This document shows positions 9,568 to 20,184 of a stretch of 64,000 bases of DNA, piece after piece (the stretch's first letter is position 1; each line of letters starts with the position of its first letter). The DNA is from an uncultured bacterium (GTDB taxonomy: Bacteria > Bacillota > Clostridia > Oscillospirales > Ruminococcaceae). A program made the position numbers and the translations under genes. The notes below the pieces were generated by a model, which was not told where the DNA came from, ran no database searches, and saw only the letters and a list, made by a program, of their open reading frames with translations. Location of the stretch: the NCBI GenBank assembly GCA_934875375.1, contig CAKXHL010000002.1, positions 1,330 to 65,329 of the forward strand. The letters are read 5' to 3'.

Positions 9568-9572
9568 ACTTA

Positions 9573-9649
<77 letters not shown>

Positions 9650-9821
9650 ATATTTGCGCAATCAAGATTGCTTTATTACTATACAATATTTTATGAGGTT
9701 TGTCAAGCATTATTCCGGTTTCGGAAAAAATGATTCTTTTACTTTCCTTTTACCTGCAAATGCTGTTCAAACCTGTCCGGATGGCGTATACTAAGAAAAG
9801 AAGAAAAAAGAGGGGCGCAAT

Positions 9822-10487
9822 ATGGCATATATTACTTTTGAACAGATTAAAAACGATTCGACGGTGGCCACTTATATCCGCCAGGCAGATATTGCTCTGA
9901 AGGCTTACGGATACACCGAGCATTCCTTTCCCCACGTGACCCGCGCCGCCAAAATTGCGGCGAAAATTCTGGGGGATTTCGGCTACCCGCAGCGGGAAGT
10001 GGAGCTGGCGCAAATCGCCGGATTTCTGCATGATATCGGGAACTGCATCAATCGGGTGGATCATGCCCAAAGCGGCGCCCTGATGGCTTTTCATATTCTC
10101 ACTTCGATGGGGATGCCTCCGGAGGAAGTCGCCAAAATCATCGCTGCAATCGGCAATCACGACGAGTCCTCAGCCGTTCCGGTCAGCGCTGTGGCTGCCG
10201 CGCTGATTCTGGCGGACAAAACCGACGTCCGCCGTTCCCGGGTCCGCAACCGCAATATCTCCTCGTTTGATATTCACGACCGGGTCAACTACTCGGTAGA
10301 ACACTCTGCTTTTTCGCTGGACGCTGCTGAAAAATCCATGACATTGGACCTGACCATAGATACAGCACTTTGTCCCGTAATGGATTATTTTGAAATTTTT
10401 CTAGGCCGGATGATCCTGTGCAAACGTGCGGCGGATTTCTTTGAATCCCGCTTTCGCCTGATTATCAACGGCCTGACCATGATGTAA
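9822..10487 (+). CDS. HD-domain phosphohydrolase
   Basis: HVTRAAKIAAKIL...IAGFLHDIGN...NHDE are HD-domain metal ligands. RBS AAGAGGGG. Confidence 0.75.
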   Translation: MAYITFEQIKNDSTVATYIRQADIALKAYGYTEHSFPHVTRAAKIAAKILGDFGYPQREVELAQIAGFLHDIGNCINRVDHAQSGALMAFHILTSMGMPPEEVAKIIAAIGNHDESSAVPVSAVAAALILADKTDVRRSRVRNRNISSFDIHDRVNYSVEHSAFSLDAAEKSMTLDLTIDTALCPVMDYFEIFLGRMILCKRAADFFESRFRLIINGLTMM

Positions 10488-10496
10488 AGCGCAAAA

Positions 10497-10531
10497 ATAC
10501 CGCCTGTTAAAAAACAGGCGGTATTTTTTTA
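10497..10531. terminator. Bidirectional rho-independent terminator
   Basis: ataccgcctgtt-aaaaa-acaggcggtat flanked by an A-run and a T7 run. Confidence 0.85.
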
Positions 10532-10574
10532 TTCTTTTATCTCCAGTCGAAACCTGGCCTGCCATCGGCGTTCT

Positions 10575-10823
10575 TTATCGGTCCGACCGCTTTGCCGAAC
10601 CGCTTTTTCCAAACAGCGCCCGCAGGCGTTTTGCCGTTTCTTCCCGCCGCTGCCGGGTCAGCTGCTCGTCCACCTGCCAGCGGCCATCACCGTCTAAAAA
10701 CAGGCAGTCCCCTTCCCGCACGCCAGCCGGGAGCCGGGATACCTCCAGCCGGATCATCTCACCATCCGGGCCTTCACAAACAGCCCAGCCTTCTTCGATT
10801 CGGTCGATGCTCCAACCGCTCAT
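10575..10823 (-). CDS. DUF3006-domain protein
   Basis: 82 aa, MSGWSIDRIEEGWAVCEGPDGEMIRLEVSRLPAGVREGDCL.... Four-nt overlap with the upstream MBL gene; DUF3006 typically accompanies ComEC-like MBL proteins. Confidence 0.55.
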   Translation of the reverse strand: MSGWSIDRIEEGWAVCEGPDGEMIRLEVSRLPAGVREGDCLFLDGDGRWQVDEQLTRQRREETAKRLRALFGKSGSAKRSDR

Positions 10824-11812
10824 TCTACCGCTCCCCTTTCAGTATGCGCCGCAATCTCTTTTCCATCGGTCGTAAAGACAACGCTGCCCTGTAAATCCGT
10901 GCGGTAAACGGCGGTACCGCGCTCGGACAGGCGGGACAGCACCTCTTTATGCGGATGGCCGTAGTCGTTGTCCTGCCCGCAGGAAACGGCGGCGATCTTC
11001 GCGGACACCGCGTTTAAAAACACATCGCACGACGAGGTGTTGCTGCCGTGATGCCCGGCTTTGAGCACATCCGCCTGCAGCTGGGTCCCCTCGCTGATCA
11101 AATCCTGCTCTACCTGTTTTTCCGCGTCGCCCGTAAACAAAAAGGAGGTTTCCCCGCAATCCAGGCGGCACACCACCGAGTAATTGTTCAGATCATCATA
11201 ATCCTGCAGCGGGGCCAGCACCGTCAGCTTTGCGCCGCTGCCCAAATCGTATGCCAAGCCGGGCTGCGCCGCCGTGACCGGGATACCCTGCGTTTCCACC
11301 GCATCCAGCAGGCGGTTGAATACCGATGTGGTGGGCACCATGTCCTCGGCCATTTGGGGCATTAAAATCTCGTCCGCCCCGAACCGGGACAATACGTCCG
11401 GCATGCCGCCGATGTGATCGGAATGCGGATGGGTTGCAATCACCAGATCCAGCTTTTCCACCCCGGCGGATTTTAGATAATCGCAGACCGTCTGTCCCTG
11501 GTCCCGTTCGCCCGCGTCAATCAATACCGCTTTTTCCCCGGTCTGGATCAGGATGCTGTCCCCCTGCCCTACGTCGATGATGTGAACGGCGGCTACCTGT
11601 TCTCCCTCCGGTTTGGCAACCGGCTCGTAAGGCTCGCTCATGCCCAGCAGATCGCTCCAACCGGGCATTTCAAACGGCAGCCATTCCATTTCGCTCATGG
11701 TCATCAGCGTAAAAAACACCATTACCAGCGCCGCCACGGTTAAAAAAAGCCAGGCGGGCGTCCGGTCGATCAGCTTTTGCAGCGCACGAAGATTGGTTTT
11801 TCTTTTGCTCAT
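10820..11812 (-). CDS. MBL-fold metallo-hydrolase, ComEC/Rec2 C-terminal-domain-like, with N-terminal TM anchor
   Basis: HIIDVGQGDSILIQ...IATHPHSDHIGG...KAGHHGS is a complete metallo-beta-lactamase motif set. Translationally coupled (ATGA overlaps) to ygiQ upstream and DUF3006 downstream. Confidence 0.75.
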   Translation of the reverse strand: MSKRKTNLRALQKLIDRTPAWLFLTVAALVMVFFTLMTMSEMEWLPFEMPGWSDLLGMSEPYEPVAKPEGEQVAAVHIIDVGQGDSILIQTGEKAVLIDAGERDQGQTVCDYLKSAGVEKLDLVIATHPHSDHIGGMPDVLSRFGADEILMPQMAEDMVPTTSVFNRLLDAVETQGIPVTAAQPGLAYDLGSGAKLTVLAPLQDYDDLNNYSVVCRLDCGETSFLFTGDAEKQVEQDLISEGTQLQADVLKAGHHGSNTSSCDVFLNAVSAKIAAVSCGQDNDYGHPHKEVLSRLSERGTAVYRTDLQGSVVFTTDGKEIAAHTERGAVE

Positions 11813-13737
11813 CTTGCTCGTTTCCCCCTTGTCTTTCCTTTGCCGGCCGGCGCGTTTTCCCTTCCCGATTTCACATTGCCACGCCTTTCATCATTCTTTC
11901 CGCGCCGGGGCTCCTGGAGTCTGCGGCCCCCGCCGGCAGACGCTTCCCGCTGCGGCGGCACCAGACAATCCGGCCCGGTTCCAATCAGATCCTCCCGGCC
12001 TGCCCGCTTCAGCGCCTCGATCACCTGCGGCCGCATTTCCGGCCGGTAGTACTGCAAAAGTGCCCGCTGCATCGCCTTTTCTTTCGGATCTTTGGGAACA
12101 AAAACCTGCTTGCCGCTAAGAGGGTCAATGCCGGTGTAAAACATACAGGTGGATACCGTTCCCGGCGTGGGATAAAAGTCCTGCACCTGCTCCGGGCGGA
12201 TTCGGTTTTTCTTCAGGTATACCGCCAGCTGCACCGCGTCTTTGAGGGTCGAGCCCGGATGGGACGACATCAAATACGGAACCAGGTACTGTTCCTTTCC
12301 CGCTTTTTCTGTCAGCTGGTAAAACCGCTTGACAAAGCGGTTAAACGTTTCGATATGGGGTTTCCCCATCCGGTCGAGCACCGCCGCAGAGCAGTGCTCC
12401 GGCGCCACCTTCAGCTGCCCGCTGACATGGTGCTCCACCAGTTCCTTGAAAAAGGACTCGTCCTTGTCCTCCAGCAGATAATCGAACCGGATGCCGGAAC
12501 GGATGAACACCCGCTTGACCCCTGGCAGCGCCCGCAGGCGGCGCAATAGCGCCAGATACTCGGTGTGATCCGCCTCCAGATTCTTGCAGGGGGAGGGCGC
12601 CAGACACTTTCTGCCGCGGCACAGCCCATACTCCAGCTGGCGGGCGCAGGAAGGATTCCTGAAATTCGCCGTCGGCCCGCCGACATCGTGGATATAGCCT
12701 TTGAAGCGGGGGTTTTTCGTCATGGCCACCGCCTCGGCCAGCACCGATTCTTCGCTGCGGCAGGTCACCTGCCTGCCCTGATGGGTGGCAATGGAGCAGA
12801 AGTTGCACGCGCCGAAACATCCCCGGTTGTGCATGATGGAAAATTCTACTTCCTGAATGGCGGGTATGCCGCCTTTTTCTTCATACGAAGGGTGATAGTA
12901 ACGGGCAAAGGGCAGCGACCACACCCAGTCTAATTCCTTTTGGGTCAGCGGCGGCATGGGCGGGTTCTGCACCAGATAGCGCTCGCCGTGTTTTTGGATG
13001 ACAGCCTTGCCGTAAACCGCGTCATGCTCTTCATACTGGATTTTGAACGCCCGGGCATAGGCTTCCTTATCCTGCGCTACCTTTTCAAACGACGCGCAGG
13101 ATATAGCCCCCGGGATGGCCGGCGCCGTGTCGGACAAATAGCAGGTCCCCCGGATGTCGGTCAGGGCTGAAACCGGTTCGCCCGCCGCCAGCCGCCGGGC
13201 GATCTGGATGGTCTGGTTTTCCCCCATCCCGTAGGACAAAAGATCCGCCCCCGCGTCGGCCAGCACCGACGGGCGAACTGCGTCGTCCCAGTAGTCGTAG
13301 TGGGCAAACCGGCGCAAAGAAGCCTCCAGTCCGCCGATGATCACTGGAACCGAGGGAAACAGCTTTTTTAACTGCCGGGTATAGACGATCGTAGGCCGGT
13401 CGGGACGGTACCCTGCTTTGCCGCCGGGACTGTATTCATCTTCGCTGCGGCGCCGTTTGGCAGCTGTGTAGTGAGCCACCATCGAATCAATGTTGCCGCC
13501 GGACACCAGGAAAGCCAGCCGGGGCTTTCCCAGCGCCAGAAAGCTTTCCTCCCGCCGCCAGTCCGGCTGGGCCAATACGCCGACCCTAAACCCCTGGGAT
13601 TCCAGCACCCGGGCGATGATCGCCGCCCCAAAGCTGGGATGATCCACATACGCATCTGCCGAAACCAGCACAAAATCCAGCTGATCCCAGCCCCGCTCTT
13701 TCATATCTTCTTTGCTGATGGGTAAAAACGGATTCAT
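11809..13737 (-). CDS. ygiQ: YgiQ-family radical SAM protein (UPF0313)
   Basis: Start at MNPFLPISKEDMKERGW.... N-terminal UPF0313 domain, radical-SAM CxxxCxxC (CFGACNFC) and a C-terminal YgiQ extension. Confidence 0.8.
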   Translation of the reverse strand: MNPFLPISKEDMKERGWDQLDFVLVSADAYVDHPSFGAAIIARVLESQGFRVGVLAQPDWRREESFLALGKPRLAFLVSGGNIDSMVAHYTAAKRRRSEDEYSPGGKAGYRPDRPTIVYTRQLKKLFPSVPVIIGGLEASLRRFAHYDYWDDAVRPSVLADAGADLLSYGMGENQTIQIARRLAAGEPVSALTDIRGTCYLSDTAPAIPGAISCASFEKVAQDKEAYARAFKIQYEEHDAVYGKAVIQKHGERYLVQNPPMPPLTQKELDWVWSLPFARYYHPSYEEKGGIPAIQEVEFSIMHNRGCFGACNFCSIATHQGRQVTCRSEESVLAEAVAMTKNPRFKGYIHDVGGPTANFRNPSCARQLEYGLCRGRKCLAPSPCKNLEADHTEYLALLRRLRALPGVKRVFIRSGIRFDYLLEDKDESFFKELVEHHVSGQLKVAPEHCSAAVLDRMGKPHIETFNRFVKRFYQLTEKAGKEQYLVPYLMSSHPGSTLKDAVQLAVYLKKNRIRPEQVQDFYPTPGTVSTCMFYTGIDPLSGKQVFVPKDPKEKAMQRALLQYYRPEMRPQVIEALKRAGREDLIGTGPDCLVPPQREASAGGGRRLQEPRRGKNDERRGNVKSGRENAPAGKGKTRGKRAR

Positions 13738-13851
13738 AATTTTTCCTTCCTGCCGGCACCCGGCCGGGAACAAAACGCCGCTTTTGGCTTGTCCGGTCAA
13801 AAGCGGCGCTGTTTGCTGGGTGCTGCGTGTAAAAAGGCTTCGTTCCGGCGC

Positions 13852-16422
13852 CTATTCCTCTTTCTGGGGCGCCGTACCGTCTGCCTGCATCTTCATCTCA
13901 ATCCACTGCTGGCGGGAAATCAACACCTGCCGCGGCTTGCTGCCCTCAAAGGGGCCGACAATCCCGCGGGACTCCATCTCGTCGATGATCCGCGCCGCCC
14001 TGGCGTAGCCCAGCTTGAGCTTGCGCTGCAAAAGCGAGGTCGACGCCTGCCCGGTTTCCACCACGCATTCGATGGCGGCCGGGAGCATTTCGTCATCTGC
14101 ATCGAACCCACCCCCGCCGGAGCCGCTGCCGGCAGATTTGCCCGTCGCTTCGGCCTGCCGCTCAATCTCCTCCAGAATCTGGTCGTCGTATTCGGCAGTC
14201 TGGGAGCCTTTGATGAAGGCCACCACCTTTTCCACCTCTTTGTCACTGACAAAGCAGCCCTGAATACGGATGGGCTTGGCCGCGCCCACTGGGAAAAACA
14301 GCATATCGCCCTTGCCCAGCAGCTTTTCCGCGCCGCCGGAGTCCAAAATCGTCCGGGAATCCACCTGGGAGGACACTGCAAAAGCGATTCGGCTGGGAAT
14401 GTTCGCCTTAATCACGCCGGTGATAACGTCTACCGATGGGCGCTGGGTCGCAATGACCAGGTGCATGCCTGCGGCACGGGCCATCTGGGCCAGACGGCAG
14501 ATGGCGTCCTCCACCTCATTTTGCGCGGCGATCATCAAATCCGCCAGCTCGTCGATGATAATGACGATCTGCGGCATTTTGGCCAGATTGCGCTCCGGCC
14601 GCTCTTCGGCCAGGCGGTTGTAGCCGTTGATGTCGCGGACGCTGTTATCCGCAAACAGCTTGTAGCGGCCGAGCATCTCGCTCACCGCCCAGTTTAGCGC
14701 GCCTGCCGCCTTGCGCGGATCGGTGACCACCGGCACCAGCAGATGGGGAATGCCGTTGTAAACGCCCAGCTCCACCACCTTGGGGTCCACCATCAAAAGG
14801 CGGACCTCTTCCGGAGAAGCTTTAAAAAGAATGCTCATAATAATGGAGTTGATACAAACCGATTTACCGGAGCCGGTGGCGCCGGCGATGAGCATATGGG
14901 GCATTTTGGAAATATCCGCCACGCATACGCTGCCGCCAATGTCCTTGCCCAAACACATGGTCACCTTGCTTTTCGCCTCGCGAAACGCCTGGGAATCAAT
15001 AATATCCCGGATGGGCACTACGCTGGTCTGCCGGTTGGGCACCTCAATGCCCACCGCCGCCTTGTTGGGAATCGGCGCTTCAATGCGCACGCCGCTGGTG
15101 GCCAGGTTCAAAGCAATATCGTCGGCCAGATTGGTGATCTTGCTGATTTTGACCCCCGCTGAAGGCTGCAGCTCATACCGGGTGACCGCAGGCCCTCTTG
15201 CAATATCGATGATGCGGGTCTGTACGCCAAAGCTGGCCAGCGCGTCCACCAGCAGCTGAGCATTGGCCTTCAGCTCCTCGCTTAAATCCTGTCCGTCGGG
15301 CTGTTCGCCTTCTTTTAACAGATACACCGGGGGGAATATGTAACTTTCCGTGGATTGCAGCTGCTTTGCCGCATCCAGTTCCCCGGCGATTTTTTCGTCG
15401 GCGCCGGTTTCCGCTGCAGATTCTTCTGCGGCGATCTGCCCTTCATCCGCCGTCTTCTCCGCTGCCGGGCAGCCCGTTGGGGCCGCCGGCAGATCCGCCT
15501 GGGGCTGGGCCGGGGCCATGATGCTTTTCGTAATTTTCCCCACCAGATCGTCCAGCAGCGGCGGTTCCTTCGCTGCTTTTTTCTCCGGCTTTTTCTCATC
15601 AGCCGCCGGGGCAAAATCCGATCCCGCCTGCGGCCCCGCCGCGGCCTGGATCAGCTTTTCCTTTGCTTTTTTCACCGTTTCCCGAGACTGCTCCGACTGC
15701 TCCTCCACCCGAACCGGATGGGCAGGCAGCGGATCTTCGTCCAGCGGCACGTCGATGTTAAACTGTGGGCGGCGGCGTTCCTCCACCCGCTCCACATAGG
15801 TTTCCCCGATTTTTTGAACCGGCTTATAGGCCGAACGGATCAAATCCAGCAGCGTTGCACCGGTAATCAGCATCAAAAAGGTAAAAATCAAAAGAAAAAC
15901 CGTCACTGCAGCCGGCGTCTTTCCAAAGGAGAGAAGCGGAATGCCGATCAGCCCGGCCGCCAGTCCGCCTCCCTTGAGCTTGGTGCCGCTTTCATACAGA
16001 TAAGCGGCTTTCTCCACAAAATTTTCGCCTTCAATGGGCGTTTTGGCAAAGATCTGGGCAGCGCCGCAAATCAGCGCCACCAGCACAAAGGTCTGCCAGA
16101 CCTTGTGCCCCAGTGCACCCATGGGCTTGTCCATGGCGGCCATAACCGCAATATAGATCAGAGCCGGAGCGATGAGATAGGCGCACCAGCCAAACAGCCC
16201 AAAACAAAACGTGTGCAGCCAATTCCAGAACCCCTGGCCGGGGATCAGCGACACCGCCAGGAAAAAAATGCCCACGGCGAACAATATCACCGCCCACAGC
16301 TGCCTGCGGGAACGGGCCTGCTCCTCAGCAAGGCGCTTTTGCGCCGCTGTCTGCCGTCCGGTGCTTTTTTTAGCGGCAGTTGTTTTCTTTTTTGCCGCCG
16401 TTCTCTTTTTCTGTTCCGCCAC
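13852..16422 (-). CDS. ftsK: DNA translocase FtsK/SpoIIIE
   Basis: N-terminal TM segments, a long low-complexity linker, the FtsK alpha/beta motor (GATGSGKS Walker A) and a C-terminal gamma winged helix. Confidence 0.9.
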   Translation of the reverse strand: MAEQKKRTAAKKKTTAAKKSTGRQTAAQKRLAEEQARSRRQLWAVILFAVGIFFLAVSLIPGQGFWNWLHTFCFGLFGWCAYLIAPALIYIAVMAAMDKPMGALGHKVWQTFVLVALICGAAQIFAKTPIEGENFVEKAAYLYESGTKLKGGGLAAGLIGIPLLSFGKTPAAVTVFLLIFTFLMLITGATLLDLIRSAYKPVQKIGETYVERVEERRRPQFNIDVPLDEDPLPAHPVRVEEQSEQSRETVKKAKEKLIQAAAGPQAGSDFAPAADEKKPEKKAAKEPPLLDDLVGKITKSIMAPAQPQADLPAAPTGCPAAEKTADEGQIAAEESAAETGADEKIAGELDAAKQLQSTESYIFPPVYLLKEGEQPDGQDLSEELKANAQLLVDALASFGVQTRIIDIARGPAVTRYELQPSAGVKISKITNLADDIALNLATSGVRIEAPIPNKAAVGIEVPNRQTSVVPIRDIIDSQAFREAKSKVTMCLGKDIGGSVCVADISKMPHMLIAGATGSGKSVCINSIIMSILFKASPEEVRLLMVDPKVVELGVYNGIPHLLVPVVTDPRKAAGALNWAVSEMLGRYKLFADNSVRDINGYNRLAEERPERNLAKMPQIVIIIDELADLMIAAQNEVEDAICRLAQMARAAGMHLVIATQRPSVDVITGVIKANIPSRIAFAVSSQVDSRTILDSGGAEKLLGKGDMLFFPVGAAKPIRIQGCFVSDKEVEKVVAFIKGSQTAEYDDQILEEIERQAEATGKSAGSGSGGGGFDADDEMLPAAIECVVETGQASTSLLQRKLKLGYARAARIIDEMESRGIVGPFEGSKPRQVLISRQQWIEMKMQADGTAPQKEE

Positions 16423-16460
16423 GGATGCCGCCCCCTAAAATTCCTGTTTTTCTTCTAAAT

Positions 16461-17306
16461 TCAGTGGACAAATTTTTCCACCACGCCGATCACCACCGTC
16501 ACCGTGCCTAAAATCGCCGTATACCAGGTAAACACCTTGAAATTTCCGGACCGGGCCAGCCAGCGCACCAGCTTGATGGCCAAAAAGCCTACCACTGCCG
16601 CTACTACCATGCCGGTCAGCATCGGCAAAAGCTCCATTTGCGTTCCCTGCGCCAAAGCGTCCTTCACTTCGAAAATATTTGCCCCCAGCACAGCGGGAAT
16701 CCCCAGGATAAAGGAAAAGGCCACTGCAAATTCCCGGTTAAGCCCCGCAAAAATACCTGCCGAAATGGTGGAACCGGACCGGGACAGGCCGGGCAGCGGC
16801 GCAATGCCCTGCATGGTGCCGACCAAAAGCGCGTCCCGCACCCGCATGTTGGAAGCGGTTTTCTTACCGGGCACCAAATGGTCGGCCATATACAAAAGCC
16901 CAGCCGTGCCCAAAAAGCACAATCCCTCTACCAGAATGTCATCATCGGTGGCAAGGGAAGTGTACCAGTCCCGCAAAAAGAAAAATACCAGCAGCGGCAG
17001 CAGCGCCACCACGATCATAAAAATCATCCGGCGGTTTGGATCTGTGGTCCGAAAGGTGAATTTCCCCTTGAAGATATCCCCGATCATGCGGAAAAACTCC
17101 ACAATCATCCCCCAAATGGTATCCCAAAAAGCAATGCAGACCGCCGCCAGCGTGCCCAGATGCAGCAGGATGGAAAACAACCCCGCAGCCTCGCCGGACT
17201 GGCCGGTAAAATGCTGATACAAAGACAAATGCCCCGAGCTGGATACCGGCAAAAATTCGGTCAGCCCCTGGATAATCCCCTGCAAAATTGCGTCCCACAA
17301 ACTCAT
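16461..17306 (-). CDS. uppP: Undecaprenyl-diphosphate phosphatase
   Basis: MSLWDAILQGIIQGLTEFLPVSSSGHL... is the BacA/UppP signature. 281 aa, 8 TM. Confidence 0.9.
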   Translation of the reverse strand: MSLWDAILQGIIQGLTEFLPVSSSGHLSLYQHFTGQSGEAAGLFSILLHLGTLAAVCIAFWDTIWGMIVEFFRMIGDIFKGKFTFRTTDPNRRMIFMIVVALLPLLVFFFLRDWYTSLATDDDILVEGLCFLGTAGLLYMADHLVPGKKTASNMRVRDALLVGTMQGIAPLPGLSRSGSTISAGIFAGLNREFAVAFSFILGIPAVLGANIFEVKDALAQGTQMELLPMLTGMVVAAVVGFLAIKLVRWLARSGNFKVFTWYTAILGTVTVVIGVVEKFVH

Positions 17307-17398
17307 ATTGTCCCCTCCGTATTCTGTCGTGCGCGTTTTTGTGCACTCGTGTTTTTTTCCGTTTTATATGTAAAGGCCGGGAAAACCGGCCGGACAAC

Positions 17399-17617
17399 TC
17401 AGTGTTTTTTTGGCACCTGCCCAAGACGGTATACCGCCCCGGGCTGATACCGCGGGTCAAGGTACATCGCCGGATCGGTGGAAACCAGCCGCGCCACCGT
17501 CAGGCCCTGTTCCCCCAAAACGCCCTGAACCAGACCGCCCGGCACCTGCTGCCAAACACCGGGGTCATTTTGCCTTTCCATCATCTCCATCGGGTCGATA
17601 ATCGAATGGATGACCAA
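17399..17617 (-). CDS. YlzJ-like small protein
   Basis: 72 aa, directly downstream of and coupled to the TepA-like gene and upstream of ftsK/spoIIIE, reproducing the Bacillus tepA-ylzJ-spoIIIE synteny. Confidence 0.45.
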   Translation of the reverse strand: MVIHSIIDPMEMMERQNDPGVWQQVPGGLVQGVLGEQGLTVARLVSTDPAMYLDPRYQPGAVYRLGQVPKKH

Positions 17618-17619
17618 GC

Positions 17620-18324
17620 CTATTCCCCCTTCTTTTGCGCCGGAATCCGGGCTTCGATCAGTTCGGTCAGTTTCCCCACCGCCTGCGCAAGCCCGCCCAG
17701 CTCGTCGATCAGCCCTTCTTCCACCGCCTGTTCGCCGTCGAGCACCGTGCCCACATCCATCACCAGCTCGCCGGTGTTCATCATCAGCTGCCGAAAGCGC
17801 TGGGCGCCCACGCCGGAATTTTCGGTGACAAAGCGGACAATCCGCTCCTGCATTTTGTCAAAATAAGACAGGGTCTGGGGCACCCCCAGCACCAGCCCGC
17901 TCATCCGCACCGGATGGATGGTCATGGTGGCTGACGGGGCGATAAAGGAATACTTGGCGCTGCAGGCCAGCGGTACGCCAATGGAGTGGCCGCCGCCCAA
18001 AACCAGCGATACCACCGGCGTTTCCATGGTGGAAATCAGCTCCGCAATGGCAAGCCCCGCCTCCACATCGCCGCCCACCGTGTTGAGAATCACGATCAGG
18101 CCTTCGATTTCCGGGTCCTGTTCAATGGCCACCAGCTGCGGGATCACATGCTCATATTTGGTTGTTTTATTCTGGGCCGGCAAAATATAATGCCCTTCAA
18201 TCTGGCCGATAATCGTCAGGCAGTGAATGACGTGCTTGCCGTGGGTTTCGGTGGTCACCGAACCGCTTTGCATGATCTGTCTTTGCTGTTCTTCTTGTTC
18301 CTTCGGGTCTTTTTCTTCTGGCAT
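17620..18324 (-). CDS. ClpP-class serine peptidase, TepA/SppA-like translocation-enhancing protein
   Basis: ClpP/crotonase-fold core ([11 protein letters not shown]...[11 protein letters not shown]...GGGHSIG). Good RBS AAAGGAGAAG. Confidence 0.7.
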   Translation of the reverse strand: MPEEKDPKEQEEQQRQIMQSGSVTTETHGKHVIHCLTIIGQIEGHYILPAQNKTTKYEHVIPQLVAIEQDPEIEGLIVILNTVGGDVEAGLAIAELISTMETPVVSLVLGGGHSIGVPLACSAKYSFIAPSATMTIHPVRMSGLVLGVPQTLSYFDKMQERIVRFVTENSGVGAQRFRQLMMNTGELVMDVGTVLDGEQAVEEGLIDELGGLAQAVGKLTELIEARIPAQKKGE

Positions 18325-18562
18325 AGCTTCTCCTTTCAGGCACTTTTTCCATTATTGTGCCCTGGAAAGGAACCTCTATCCCGCATACAGATTTATTATA
18401 TCAAAAACAAATGGGTTTCACAACCGAAAAAAGTCAAAAAAACGAACCTGTGTTCCTCCCGGCGAAGGATTTCGCCGTCTTTTTTTCAAAAGGCACCCGA
18501 TTCTTCCCGTTTGCCGCATGGAACCTGCGGCATGGGGGAACACTCTGGTTTAGAGCGAAGAA

Positions 18563-19321
18563 ATGAGGGATGACGATTTGAACAGCCGGCAGCGCGTATG
18601 GTTTTTAGATGAGGCCAGAGGACTTTCCATTCTGCTGATGGTGCTGCATCACGGCGCATACGACGCGGCTTTTCTGCTCGGGTGGCCGCTGGATTTTCTT
18701 TCGGCTGGGTGGTTCGGGATCATCCGCACTTTTTTCGTCGGCGTTTTTGTGCTGATTTCCGGCTGCGCCTGCCGGTTTTCCCGCAGCAATCTGCGCCGGG
18801 GCGCACGGTGCCTTTTACCGGCGGCAGGGCTGTCCGCCATCACCGCTTTTCTGATCCCCGCCCAGCGGATCCGTTTTGGCATTTTGCACCTGCTGGGCTG
18901 CGCCATGCTGCTTTTTGCCTTTTTACAACCGCTGCTGGACCGGATTCCCCCCGCTTTCGGCGCCGGTGCGGGCTTGTTTCTTTTTTTCTTTTGTTTTTCG
19001 GTCCCCAGCGGACGGCTGGGCTTCGCTCCCATGCAAATACAGCTTCCCCGCTGTCTGTTTCAAAACGCCTTTACCGCGGCGCTGGGATTTCCCGGGCCGG
19101 GCTATTATTCCGCCGACTACTTCCCGCTGATTCCGTGGCTGTTTCTTTTTTGGGCGGGCGCCTGCGTGGGGGTCTGGCTGCGTCTGGGCAGGGGGCCGGG
19201 CTGGCTGTACCAGCGCCACAGCCCGTTTCTTGCGGCGGCAGGTCAAAAATCCCTTTGGATCTATCTTGTCCATCAGCCGGCGCTTTATCTGATTTTTCTG
19301 CTGATCCGCCTGTGTTTTTGA
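18563..19321 (+). CDS. DUF1624 acyltransferase-like membrane protein
   Basis: RVWFLDEARGLSILLMVLHH... matches the DUF1624/HGSNAT TM-domain start. Polytopic. Confidence 0.55.
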   Translation: MRDDDLNSRQRVWFLDEARGLSILLMVLHHGAYDAAFLLGWPLDFLSAGWFGIIRTFFVGVFVLISGCACRFSRSNLRRGARCLLPAAGLSAITAFLIPAQRIRFGILHLLGCAMLLFAFLQPLLDRIPPAFGAGAGLFLFFFCFSVPSGRLGFAPMQIQLPRCLFQNAFTAALGFPGPGYYSADYFPLIPWLFLFWAGACVGVWLRLGRGPGWLYQRHSPFLAAAGQKSLWIYLVHQPALYLIFLLIRLCF

Positions 19322-19359
19322 CTTTACAAATCGTTTGCTGTGGAGTATTGTAAAAAAGG

Positions 19360-20184
19360 TTGTCCGCCGCTTTCTCACAGCGGAAATGCCGCACGGATTT
19401 TGACACAAAGGAGGGAATTGGATTGGCCTGCCTCACCGCCGATCCCATTCAAGCCAAAGCAAAGCGCTACCCTTTTCTGGACGAGCTTCGCGGTGCCGCG
19501 ATCTTGATGATGATTGCCTATCACCTTTTATATGACGGCGTTGTTTTTGCCGGCTGGGATATCCCGTTGTTTTCTCCTCCGCTTTCACTCTGGCAGGACA
19601 GCATCGGCGCCTTGTTTATCCTCCTGTCCGGCTGTATGTGCCGGCTTTCCCGCAGCAACTGGCGGCGCGGCCTGCGCTGTCTGGCTGCGGCCTTAGCCAT
19701 CACCGCCGTCACTTTTTTCCTGGTTCCCACCGTGGCCGACTGGTTCGGCGTGCTCCATTTTCTGGGCTGCGCCATGCTGCTGTATCCTCTTTTTCGCCCT
19801 CTGCTGGACCGGTTCCCTGCGCTGCCCGGAGCCGTCTGCTGTTTTTTGCTGTTCTGGGCCACCTATCCGGTCAGCCTGGGCAAAATCGGCGGGCTTTTTT
19901 GGCAGGCAAATCTTCCCTCCTTTCTTTACCGTAATTTTCTCACCGCGATTTTGGGATTCCCGCCCCATAACTTTGTTTCCAGCGATTATTACCCGCTGCT
20001 GCCCTGGATTTTCCTGTTCTTTTGCGGCAGCCTGCTGGGGCGGATTCTGGTTGGCCGGGGAGACCGTCCGGCGCTGCTGCGTTCCCGCTGCCGGCCGCTG
20101 GCCTTTTTGGGGCGGCACAGCTTTGTGATTTACCTGGTCCACCAGCCGGTGCTGTATGGGCTTTTTCTTCTCGCCGCACAATGA
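19360..20184 (+). CDS. DUF1624 acyltransferase-like membrane protein (tandem paralogue)
   Basis: RYPFLDELRGAAILMMIAYH... followed by a collinear ~40% identical sequence (SRSNWRRG, HFLGCAMLL, YLVHQP). Confidence 0.55.
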   Translation: MSAAFSQRKCRTDFDTKEGIGLACLTADPIQAKAKRYPFLDELRGAAILMMIAYHLLYDGVVFAGWDIPLFSPPLSLWQDSIGALFILLSGCMCRLSRSNWRRGLRCLAAALAITAVTFFLVPTVADWFGVLHFLGCAMLLYPLFRPLLDRFPALPGAVCCFLLFWATYPVSLGKIGGLFWQANLPSFLYRNFLTAILGFPPHNFVSSDYYPLLPWIFLFFCGSLLGRILVGRGDRPALLRSRCRPLAFLGRHSFVIYLVHQPVLYGLFLLAAQ

